From Stegostoma tigrinum (taxonomy: Eukaryota), in assembly GCF_030684315.1 (NCBI RefSeq), contig NC_081388.1, positions 22,427,015-22,491,014 of the forward strand: DNA of 64,000 bases, given 5' to 3'. The notes under the pieces were generated by a model. That model was given only the letters and a program-made list of their open reading frames with translations, made no database searches and had not been told where the DNA came from. A program made the translations under genes and the position numbers. Below are positions 51,690-62,790 of this stretch, one piece after another (position 1 is the first letter of the stretch; the number at the start of each line of letters is the position of its first letter).

Positions 51690-52440
51690 ACACAGATTGG
51701 AGACCCTGTAACAACAATCAGGAAGTTAGGGTGTAAACTGAAAAAACAGGACCTCAAGGGTAGTAATCTGAGGGTTATACCCTGTGCTACATGTTACTGA
51801 TGCCCGGGACAGAGAGAGACAGTACGATTGATCATGTGGCTAAAAAGAGCTGGTGTAGGAGGGAGGACTTCAGGTATGTGAATCATTGGGATCCCTTCCA
51901 GGGAAGGTGGGGCCTGTAAAAGAAGGTCAGGTTTCACCTAAACTGGAGAGGCACCAATATCCTGCCAGGGAGGTTTGATAGTGCCACTCAAGAGGTTTAA
52001 GACGGGGGTGGGAACCAGAGTAGTAGGTCATTAAGTACAGAGACTCGGGAAGAGCTGGAGTCTCAGACCAATAATAGCTAAAAGATAGTGCAGTCAGGGA
52101 GAGGTTGCTCAGCTCTGCAGAACCAGAGGTTGGGACTGTATTTGCTGCAACGTAAGAAGTATAACAGGTATGACGGACGAACTCAGAGCCAGGGTTAATG
52201 AGTGCAATTATGCTGTCCCTATCACAGAGACAGGATCCAGGATATTGATGTTTTAGAAGAGACAGAGGAGGAAGCGAGAGATGGAGGAATTGCATTGCTG
52301 GTTAGGGAGCAGGTCACAGCTCTGCGGGAGGAGGACATCCTAGAGGGAATCTTGCAGCATGGCATTAAGGGTAGAGCTCAGGAATAGGAAAAGATATGTA
52401 ATCAGATTCTGGAAAGATGTGAAAATAACAGGATTGTTGT
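51690..52440 (+). mobile_element. Degenerate CR1 LINE fragment from the ORF1-ORF2 junction
   Basis: Remnants resembling the esterase-type ORF1 end (WCRREDFRY..HW) and the APE endonuclease start (RDGGIALLVREQVTA). Confidence 0.55.
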
Positions 52441-55301
52441 GGTGTATGATTTCATCTCCTGCTCCCCCCTCACTGGAAAGGCAGAGACAGCAACACCCAG
52501 CTTCAGTCCCACCCAAAGAAAAACCTGTGTTCAAAATTCAGGTTCTCTCAGTCTGGGAATTTTCAATTTTTAAGTTTGGTTATCACTAATTTCATGTTGT
52601 TTGTTGTTTAGCTTTAAGTTCTGAAGCAGCAGGATATTAAACATCAAAATCTGGAATGCTAACTACATCACAGCCTCTCCCTATCACTTCAAACAACTAC
52701 ACCTTATTTTAAAAGCTGTTAAACAAGCAACACCAACAATTAAATCTAGACAAAAAGAAATACATTATGAACAGAAACAGATGCTGAAACAAGGAGATCT
52801 AGTTGCTGCAGTGGACATTCAAACAAATTTGTCGGCTGGATCCAGGAGTAGGTAAGGGCTACCCGATTGTAAGGATCTGTCTCTTTATACTGACTCAGTC
52901 AGTCTGACTGACAGAGACAGGCAGGGGGAGCTGAACACAGAATCCAAGGGAACCCTGTTCTTAATGATGTGGGGATAACAGGGAGATTAAAAAACAGTGA
53001 AGTTAATCGAGAATTACTTTCTGTACAAACACAGGGGAACATGCACAGACCGGAAAATTGGGACTCGGTATCTGGGCTGTCGGGGAGGATAGATCAAAGA
53101 AGGTTCTGCAGAAGGAGGGGTTAGTGATGGGGGGAGTGTGGCAGGATACTTGGGAGGGGTTGCAGCAGGGTGGGAGCGCTCAGCCACCCCTCCTCTGCAC
53201 ATGACCCTCACTCTCACACTGTCAGCTTAACTCAGACAACCACCACCTGCATTTATGTGGCACCATAATGAGAAGTCCTAAAGATGCTTCACAGAAGGAT
53301 TGTCAAAGGAGGAGATATTATGGACAGGTAACCTATAACTTAGCCCGAACAGTGGGTTTGAAGAAGCAGTTTATAATGAGAGAGACAAACAGACTCAGGG
53401 AGGGAATTACCAAGCTTATGGTTCTGGAATTTGGCAGTACAGCTGCCAGGGCCGAAGGAAATAGGTTTTGTGAAGCCGGTTGGAATTGGAGGCTGTACAA
53501 ATGCAGAATGTGGTGGCACCAACATCATGGGATGAGAGCTGGAAATGACTTTATTCACATGACGCGGAGAAGTTGTACTAAAACCATCCCACTTGGTGTG
53601 AACCTGGTTAGCCAGTAAAGTCTAATTAATTCAGGTTACTACAGATACACGCAAATATGTAGTTAAACCAACAGCAGCACCATGAGGGTGATTTCAGAGA
53701 CTGATGACTGAGCGGTTGTCACGGTTACTACCTGAAGAATAAGCCTTTATCTCAATATCTCAAAGATATTAAAATCCAGGAGCTAACAGCCACCAAAACA
53801 GAATAATAATATCACATTAAAGTGAGAGAGAAGAAAAATAAAACAGAAGTGAGAAACAATAAATCAGTAATTTTCCAGGACAGCAGAATCCACTATTCAC
53901 ATTTCCGCTTGCCAGAACCAGCCGGTTAATGCGGTAATGCATCGCAATAGGAACAGAAACACCAGCAGCAACTCCGACACCGACACACAGTCTCTGGGTG
54001 GGATCATCACAATCTCCAAACCGATTACACCAGCCCCCTTGGTTAAAGAGTAAGGAGGGACACTGACTGTCCTCCATATCACTCAGCAACAGGTACATCC
54101 AATTCCAGGCATTATCCAACATTGAGGGGGCTCTGCCAGCTCACAGCACCAATCTGTGCTGACACAGATATCAGCAGTCAGCTGCAGCAGTGTGCACCAT
54201 TGACACGTTCACCAGGCTCCTTAGGGAGCACCTTCCAAACCCACGTCCTTCCAGATGGTGGTGGTTAAGGGCCAAAGGTGTACGGGAACGCCATCCTCTG
54301 CAAGTGTTCCCCCCCACAACCGAGTCCCCTCCCATCCTGAACAGAAAATATAATCGCTGCTCCTTCACTGTCACTGGATCAAAATCCTGGAACACCCTAC
54401 CCAAGGGCATTACAGGCCTATCAACAGCACATGGGGGACTGCAGAGGTGCAAGAAGGCAGTTCACCACCTTCAAATCACCACAAAAAAATTATTACAGTG
54501 TCCAAGCAGCTAATCGGGAAAACAAATAATGTTAACCTTTATTTTAAAGGGAGGTTTTCCAAATTTATACAAGGCCGCAATCGGAACACTGAACAGTTTG
54601 GAGCCCCTTATCTAAGGGACAGTCTAGGGAAGGCTCATTCAGCTGATGCCAGGCATGGAGGGACAGATTTCCTGATGGCAAGTTGAGAAGGCTGGGCCTG
54701 TACTCACTGGAGTTTAGGAAAATAGGAGATGACCTTATTGAAACCTATAAATATTGTTAGGGAGGGGGTTGGTCGGATAGGGGCTCTTTAGTTGCCCGGG
54801 GTAGGGGGGGCTCTAGGATCAGAGAGAATAATCTCAGAGTAAGGAGTCGCATATTTAAGATAAAAGATGAGGAGAAACTTCTTCCCTGAGAGGAGTGAAT
54901 CTACAGCTTTTTTTGCACTGCAGGGGGCTGTCGACGCTGAGCTATTAAATATATTGAAGGTGGAAATTGATAGATTTTAAAATCTGTAAGGGAATCAAGG
55001 GTTATGGGGAAACAGCAGGAAAGTGGAGTCGAGAATGACCAAGATCAGCTGAGATCTCATTAAATCAGAGAGTCGATGGGCTGAATAGCCTACTTCTGTT
55101 CCTCCACCTTATGGTCTTCTCCAGGGGAACTGAACAGTGAACATTCAGTGCTGGCCTGTCAACCATATTTATAACCCATTCGAGTCTTCTTCCAAGATTG
55201 TTCTGTAGTTGACATGAAATTAGCCCCAACTTTGTATCACTTCAACACATGGCTAGCTAGTCCTTCAGGACATCAATGTCCCTCAATACTGACTCTCCCA
55301 T

Positions 55302-55880
55302 CAGAGATAACAGGAACTGCAGATGCTGGAGAATCCGAGATCACAAGGTGTAGAGCTGGATGAACACAACAGGCCAAGCAGCATCAGAGAAGCAGGAAAG
55401 CTGATGTTTCGGGCCTAGACTCTTCATCAGAAATGGGGGAGGGGGAAAGAGGGTTCTGAAATAAATAGGGGGAGAGAGGGGGAGGCGTATTGAAGATGGA
55501 TAGAGGAGAAGACAGGTGGAGAGGAGACAGACAAGTCAGAGAGGCAGGGGCGGTGCGAGTAGACGTGGGTGTATGTGGGGAGGCAGGGAGGGGTTGCAGT
55601 GGGAGAGAGATTCCATGAGGTTTGTCCGCAGGGAGGAGGGTAACTTCCTCAGGTTAGGCATCCTTAGAAGAGGCTTCACAGTGGTTAAAATTGTATCAGA
55701 GATAATGGGAACTGTGGATGTTGGAGAATCTGAGGTAATAAGGTGTACAGCCCTATTTATTTCAGAACCCTCTACCCCTCCCCCATTTCTGATGAAGGGT
55801 CCAGGCCCAAAACGTCAGCCTTTGTGCTCCTAAGATGCTGCTTGGCCTGCTGCGTTCATCCAGCTCCACACTTTATTATC
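55302..55880. mobile_element. Composite inverted Penelope pLTR element
   Basis: Minus pLTR 55302-55590 with core CTGATGA..GAAACATC at 55403-55430; plus pLTR 55750-55880 with a decayed core. Confidence 0.8.
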
Positions 55881-56123
55881 ACTGACTCTCCCACGGCCCG
55901 GTCTCCGCCCTGACCAAGATAACAAGGTCCCACGCTCCCACTCCCTGCAACCAGGCCCCTTTCCCATCCCTCTTCTCAACCCCTCCCAGGCCGGAAGCAT
56001 TTACCCCATCCACAGCCACACCCCTCCCCTCGTCTCTCTCCCCAATCCCCCAACCCCTCCTCTCCCCTACACCCCATCCCTGCTCCTTCACCCCCTTTCC
56101 GACTCCTGCAGCCCAGGTCCTAC

Positions 56124-56174
56124 CTGGCATCGAATGGCTCTGAAGATCGGAATGTCAAGTTGGGTGAGTTGACT
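56124..56174 (-). CDS. RALGPS-like exon, CDC25 domain (SQLTQLDIPIFRAIRCQ)
   Basis: 51 bp, ttccttttcAG / GTAGGA, phase 0 to 0. Compare SQITLMDIPVFKAIQPE. Confidence 0.92.
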
Positions 56175-57299
56175 CTGAAAAGGAACGTTCAGGATCGGTC
56201 AAAAGGCAAGGATGTGAAGTGGGGACAGAATCACCGTCACTGACAGAGATGGCTCATTTCACATCCTGCTCCTCAGATCATTCTGCCAATCAAACACAAA
56301 TTCCCAATTCCCACCTCGTAACCAGCTGTCTCTAACTCTGGCTTCCTGCCTCAGGCCAGAACCTCTCGGTTTTCAGAGCCTTTGGCCAACATTTCTTTGA
56401 TTGCTTCGTCAGATTTCCCAGGGCATACTGGGAATGTGCAGTCGGATTGGCAGCATTGGCTGGAGCTGGGGACCAATCGGGAGAGAGAGGGGCAAGGCAG
56501 TTGGCGTCACACTGCTTTACAAACCAGCCATTCAGCCCGCTGAGCTAGACTATCCCTCTACAGGAATAGGAAGGGCAAGCAGTTGAGACCAACTTGATGG
56601 CCCTTCAGAAGTGCCAGCACAGAACTGATGGGTCAAATAGCCTGCCTGAGTGTTGCACTATTTTATGAAGCTATGCTGGGACCATTGGGTTTATGCACCT
56701 GCTAATAAATACTGAGAAGACCACAGCAAGTGTAACCAGAGCCAGAGATTTAAAAAAACGTTAGTCTTAAAATGAAAAATCGCACTGATCTGAGTTACAA
56801 GCTGGCAATGACATGTCACCATGAACAAGTTTCTGTCACCAAACTGTCTGAGGTTTTTCAAGCTAAAAATCACAAATCATTAACTTTCTCCCCTGCGTGC
56901 ACACAGCGTCAGCAGCTGCTAATGGTTTTGAAAGATGGCTAAGGCAGGGCCCAACAATTGTGGAGATGTTTAAGACTGATATCAACGTAGAACTGACCGA
57001 AGAATTCACTCAAATTCAATGCATGGTGCTCAGAAACTAAAGATTTTCCTTCCCTTCCCTCCCTGCAGGATTGAGCTAACCTATAGAAACGATGGATGTG
57101 TGAATGGACTACGTGACACAGGCAGGCGATCTGATGCAGTACTGAGGGACTGCTGCACAGTAGCCAATAAACTCACTCACTCTTATTTGGCACCTTTCAA
57201 ATTATAAATGGTATTTGGACTTGAACAAAAGGTATCCACAAGGGAAGGGGTTCTATTAAACATTAACCTTTTTGCAATGATTGGACAGAAAAGTAGAAG

Positions 57300-57436
57300 T
57301 TTTTTTTCCTGAAGAAGGGTCTAGGCCCAAAACGGCAGCTTTCCTGCTCCTCTGATGCTGCTTGGCCTGCTGTGTTCATCCAGCTCGACACCTTGTTATC
57401 CCAGATTCTCCAGCATCTGCAGTTCCTACTGTCTCT
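57300..57436 (+). mobile_element. Solo Penelope pLTR fragment
   Basis: CTGAAGAAGGGTCTAGGCCCAAAACGGC followed by the family 3' end CCAGCATCTGCAGTTCC. Confidence 0.8.
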
Positions 57437-58495
57437 AATTAAAAAGGGGAACAGCTCAACCCTCCTCACCTGGGATTTAACTATGGCGGGGGGGGGGGGG
57501 GTATCTTGTCTGGAAACTGTGTGAATTGGGGGGACTCTCACCGCTTTATAATAGATGGTGCCTGGCACTGTGCGAATGTCACTTTCCACGTGTCAGCCCA
57601 AACCTGTGTATTGTCCAGGTCTTGCTGCATTTTCTCATGGGCTCCATCTAACATGGAGTACCTAAGAAGTTGCGAATGGTGCTGAACCTTGTGCAATCAT
57701 CGGGGAACATCCTCATTTCTGACCTTATGATGGAGGGAAGGTCATTGATGAAGCAGCTGGAGGAGGTTGGGCTGAGGACACTACCCTGAGGAACTCCTGC
57801 AGAGATCTCTTGGAGCTGCGATGACTGACCTCCAACAACCACGACCATCTTCAATGGCAGTCAATACACCCTGAAGCTGTGGAAGGTGCTACAGAAATCC
57901 AAACTAAAACTCAATGACAAAGTTAAACATTTGAAAAAAACCGTCATCCAAAACACTGGGGGTGGCTTTCCCCAGTGGGGATCTGAAGCCATTTTTCTTC
58001 ACCCACTTTGTACAACAGACCCCTTCAGTCAGGAAAAGTTTCCCCAATCCCGCCACCTCCCTTCAACTGTCCTGTGTTGGCTCCTGCCTACTCTTTTGCA
58101 TCTTGTTAGTGAGAGTTTGGTGGACACCCTGTGAGCTTTGTGCCTGCGGGGGTGGAACTCACTCATGTGATCCTGACCCACAGGAATGTCCACGGAGCTC
58201 GCTGGACGTTGGGCACTTTTCCCTCCTGATCAGATGGCAAAGTTCATTTGAAATGAGCTACCGCCGACCCAGAGCACAGATTCAGAATAAAATTACCTAT
58301 CTACTGCCCCTACAACAGTCAACACAACCTCTGGGGGAAACGGAGACACCAAGCTTCAAATTCATTCTTTGCAATTTGACCATCTCACAGCTCACGGCTC
58401 CAGGCTCAGAGCTCCATTATAAAATCAAGGCCCTCAATTTACTGACCTCTACCCGTCCCACCTCCATTCTTCTTCCTTCCTCATGTTCTACTCAC

Positions 58496-58591
58496 CGCAA
58501 ATTCTTCTGGAGTCACCGTGAGAATGTCAAATACAGCAGCATCAAAGTGCAGGTCACAGGACCCTCTCTGCAAGGAGGTAGCAGCTAGATT
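58496..58591 (-). CDS. RALGPS-like exon (NLAATSLQRGSCDLHFDAAVFDILTVTPEEFA)
   Basis: 96 bp, ctctttctgcAG / GTGAGT. Compare YDAVVFDVLKVTPEEFA. Confidence 0.92.
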
Positions 58592-59494
58592 CTGCAGAAA
58601 GAGGTAAAATCTCAGCTCAGAAACAGACTGTGGCTCAGCACGGATATTTTGGTCAGTGACATTGATGGCTTGGACACTAAGTGCAGCTCAGTTCACTCAC
58701 ACACCCGGGCTTTTCAACTTCCCTGAACTTCTAATGGACATTAGTCACTGTTTTCAAAAGTGTAGGATATGCAGCCATTAATGCAAAGCAAGATCCCACA
58801 GTGTTTTCAGATGTTGCTGGAGGGATCCTTAGCCAGGATACTGGGGACTACCCACACACGGCTCTGGACCCACCTCTCTCACACTGGCCTTGTTCTTCTC
58901 CGCTGCTTAGGCCTGAGAGTTGCACAGTAACTCCTTCTCAAGTACCTTCTCGCTCATTTGAAACGAACCTGCTCAGAACCTCAGACAGGGAATTAGAGGC
59001 TTACATCCCAGGTGTAGGCCACAGAGTCCATGGTACCTCTGCTGGAGTTATTGTCTCCAAATCCCTGCTCCGATTTCACCATGTCAGAAGCACATGTTCA
59101 AATCCCTTTCCTCCACTTGCAGCATTCCCAATCCCAACTCCTAGCAAAAACACAATTCCTCTGAAGATCTATCACCAACCACTTGGAATCCAGCAGTTTT
59201 GGTCATTGACCCTCAATGGGTAACAGATTCACTTCTTCTGTCAAAACTTGGGAAAAACATCCAGAAGGTGCTCACTTATTAACCTTCCCTGACCCTTCTT
59301 CACCTTGATCCTTCCACCCTCTTCTCAGGCCTTAAGTACTGGTAACTCTCCTTGGTGACACAAGTCCTTCAATCTATCCCAGGGTTTCTTAAGTTTATAG
59401 CAGCCTCTTTAGGAAGGTTCTTCATTTGTCTATCAGCACAGAGGAGTGTGTTCTGCTACCACCCTCTGTCCAACATAGGAATTTCACCAGGTAA

Positions 59495-60460
59495 AACTAA
59501 AAAAAACTGAAAGAACAGCAGATGCTGGAAATCTGAAACAAAAACAGAACCTGCTGAGATTTTCCAGCAATTTCTGGCAGCATCTGTGGAGGGAAATCAG
59601 AATTAATATCTCAGGGTCCAGTGGCTCTTCTTCAGAACTGATGGTTTTTATACAGAAGATGGGGTGGGGTAGCAGGGGTAGAGTCAACGAAAGGTGGAGA
59701 TAGAGCCCAAAGAGAGAGAGAGAGAAATGTTTGAACAAAGGAGTGATTGAAGGTCAGTCTGGGGGAATGAGAAACTGCTAACGGAATCTTCAATAGCTGA
59801 CAGTGGGTTGTGTGTGATAGCAACCCATGTGATGACAAGGCCTGGTGTGTGGGTGTGGGGGAAAGCAAAGGGAAAGTTGATTGAGCCCTAAAATTGTTGA
59901 ACTCGATGTGAGTCCAGAAGGCTGCAGGGTTCCCAAGCAGAAAATGAGGTGCTGTTCTTCCAGTTTGCACTGAGCTTCGCTGGAGCTCTGCTGCAAGACT
60001 GAGGCGAGATGTTGGCCAGGGAGCAGTGTGGTGTGTTGAAGTGGCAAGCAACTGGATGTGCAGGGTCTTTTTTGCAGAAAGAACATAGGTGTTCTGTGAA
60101 GCACTTACCCAGTCTGCACTTTGTTTTCCCAATGTAGAGGAAACCAAATTGTGAGCAGCAAATACATTAGACTAGATTGAGTGAAGTGCAGGCAAAGCAC
60201 TACTTCACCTGGAAGGTGTGTCGTGGCCGTGGATGGTGAGAAGGGAAGATAGGCTGGTATTACACCTCCTGTGATTGCAGGGGATTCTGCCATGAGGCTG
60301 TAGGGACATGTTGGGAGTGAAGGAGGTGTGAATTGGGATGTCCTGGAGGGAATGGTCCTTCCAGAGGTCTGACAAGAGAGGGGAGGAGGATCTGTATCCA
60401 TCTTGCTGGAGGTGATGAAAATGGCAGCTAATGATCCTCTGGATATAAATGCTGGAGAAA
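59495..60460 (-). mobile_element. Old Penelope-like element fragment (GIY-YIG remnant)
   Basis: KLEEQHLIFCLGTLQPSG (ORF 59790) and a YIGE remnant; second-family pLTR at 59500-59640. Confidence 0.75.
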
Positions 60461-60787
60461 TTTCACTAAATCAGGCTCTTCATGAAATCCAGAGGCCCTC
60501 AAAAACCAGGGTCTGATCTGCCCACCCCCCCCACCTCAAACTTAAATCTCAACATGAGAAAAACTGAATTAACATCACAAGTTTAACATTAACCACAAAT
60601 AGTGAAAGCTTTAATCCCATGTAATTATTTAAACTCCTCTCCTCCAAATCTTTTGTTAAAGAGACAAACAATATTGTCACACCTTCATACTTTAATCACA
60701 CAGCTCACTTAAACAGAATCACAGAGCAAATACAGACTGCGATACAAATCAGCATTGTCCCTCCTTGCTATCACCTCCGGCCCTTAC

Positions 60788-60797
60788 CCTTCCTAAA
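60788..60797 (-). CDS. Putative 10-nt microexon of the RALGPS-like gene (TTTAGGAAGG)
   Basis: Strong acceptor tgtgtttcttttacAG and donor AGG/GTAAGG 10 nt apart. Phase 2 to 0 bridges the candidate start exon to exon 58591. Confidence 0.35.
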
Positions 60798-61046
60798 CTG
60801 TAAAAGAAACACAATCTGACCCTTTCTTGGTACCCACATAATACAGCAACTACACAGCTACCCAGCAGGGCATTCTCTAGCCTTTAATCCCAGTCGCAGG
60901 AAGCACCATCATGAACATCCCAGAGGCCTGGTCTTAGCTCTCTACCGGGAGATAAGGATAAAAAGGCCTTCCCAGGCTGTATTTCCCATCTGGGGTCAGT
61001 AAAACTCTCATCTCAGCCAGATCATGGGTTCAAGCTTCACCACAGG

Positions 61047-61055
61047 GCGCGCGCG

Positions 61056-61102
<47 letters not shown>
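61047..61102. repeat. (GC)n(AC)n alternating purine-pyrimidine tract
   Basis: About 9 GC units followed by about 19 AC units. Confidence 0.9.
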
Positions 61103-61104
<2 letters not shown>

Positions 61105-61423
61105 TGAGTGATTAGTGCAATATCAATGTTGTGTTCCAGATGTGAGGTTATTAAGGGTCCTGTGGTAACATTCAAAAAGAAACAGGGGCACTTTGTTTTG
61201 TAAAAGGGCGGGGGGGGGGGCAAGCAGTGCTGTGGAGACATTCTCAAGTCTATATTCACCCTCACATATTCCAACAAATAAGTCATGAAATGACTTAACT
61301 GTACAGCCTGTGGGATCTTGCTGTGCATAAAGTGACTGCTGCATTTCTCAGAATTCCTGCGGTGAACATTTTAAGAGGTGTTGCAGCGCATATGGAGGTG
61401 CTAGTTAAATGCAAGCTCTTCAC

Positions 61424-61482
61424 CTGCAGGTCCCAGCACAGCCTGAACACAGAAAGCTGGAAGGAGAACTCATTAACTGCAT
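61424..61482 (-). CDS. Putative first coding exon of the RALGPS-like gene (MQLMSSPSSFLCSGCAGTC)
   Basis: MQLM start resembles RALGPS2 MDLMNG; 59 coding nt; acceptor upstream near 61503; donor CAG/GTGAAG in phase 2, which needs the microexon to stay in frame. Confidence 0.4.
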
Positions 61483-62539
61483 TGACTCTGAAATGATTTC
61501 AGCTAAAATTAAAATTCTACTTCAAAATGACATTCACATCCTGCCGTGTCAGTGTGTCAATATACCTCGTGATATTCTCTCTGTATTCGGGTACGTGACC
61601 AGAGGCTACAACAACAGACTGAGGCTGGGACACAGCACACTCCTACCTCAAGGCCACGATCTGACTCAATGTCACTGTGAGTGTCTTCAGTCATTTCCAT
61701 AGCAACAGCTGGTAGTTCTTCAACCTTGGGTCACCCAGATTCTTTAAGGGGCTCAAATTCTGTAAAAGATGAAGTGGAAATAATGAGTTTCACGTTTCAC
61801 CTTTGGAGATTGGCTCATTTGATAGAATCCTTCCAATAAAGTAACTGTGCAAGAGATAAAGGTTGCAGACAGGAACCTGACAATCCTATTCTAATCATTT
61901 TCCCTTCATCCTCACTCCTGCCAAATACCAGTTATTACATAAAAAATAAAACAACTTATATACATGCAAAATCATTAGAGCCAAACATCCCAAGACATCT
62001 TACAGCAGCATGACATGGCATGGCATTGAGCCAGATAAAAATAAAAGGATAAATGTTTAAGGTGAACTCAAAGGAAGAAAGAGAGGTAGAGAGATGATGA
62101 GGTGAAGCCAGAGTTCAGAGCTTCTGCAGCTAAAATCCATGGCCAGTGACAGAAGGGCAATGGAATTAGAGAGAGGCAGAAGATCATGGAAGGTTCCGGA
62201 GATAGGGAGAGCAAAGCACATCTCACACCTGGCTAATGCAATGGTACTGAATAATTGTTCACCCTATTCCTAAACATGCACTGACATTATAATTCACCAC
62301 ATTCCCCTTTAGTACACCTCTGCGAGCTCCACTCTTAAATGTACAATCCACATTTACATTGTGGGGTTCTATACAACTTGGTTAACAGGTATTCCAAAAG
62401 TAAATGACTTCCCCAAACGAGCACCATCCGTCCAGAAATCTCACTTAATGAAAACTATTTCAAGCTGTAGAATCTCGTTCCCATGGCCTGTGGACGAGGT
62501 AAGTAAATGTGAGGATCTGCAAGAAGCTGTCATACCAAC

Positions 62540-62790
62540 CAGAGAGCGGAGCGCAGCATCTGCAGCACGCAGACACACAGTTACTGAGACAGGCTTTCAG
62601 CAGAGTAACGCACGGAGTGAAACCCTCGGCACCCAGACCCGCTTCAGTCTCCGGGACAGGACGGGACGGGAACTGCCCGCGCACGCGCTCCTGTCGGGGC
62701 CGCGCCTCAGGGGAGCAATTGCAGGTGCGCACCCGTAAGAGATCTAGGCTGAAGATCCCCCACCCCCCCGGGCCATTCCCTGGGGGGGTG
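62540..62790 (-). promoter_or_regulatory. CpG-rich segment, candidate promoter or first exon of the RALGPS-like gene
   Basis: Local CpG enrichment (GCCCGCGCACGCGC, GGGGCCGCGCC) about 1.1 kb upstream of the candidate ATG; candidate minus-strand donor TAA/GTGAGA at 62444. Confidence 0.45.

Larger units (their letters stand above)
889..61482 (-). other. Gene span: RALGPS-family Ral guanine nucleotide exchange factor (CDC25 domain + PH domain), divergent paralog of RALGPS1/RALGPS2
   Basis: 18 exons with GT-AG sites and compatible phases join into an open frame collinear with RALGPS1/2, from FDAAVFDILTVTPEEFA to PPLNLMSFE*. The 5' end (61482) is tentative. Confidence 0.93.

Noticed and set aside
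57962-58588. 208-aa plus-strand ORF
   Set aside because: No recognisable domain and no ATG start; its end is the antisense of RALGPS-like exon 58496-58591.
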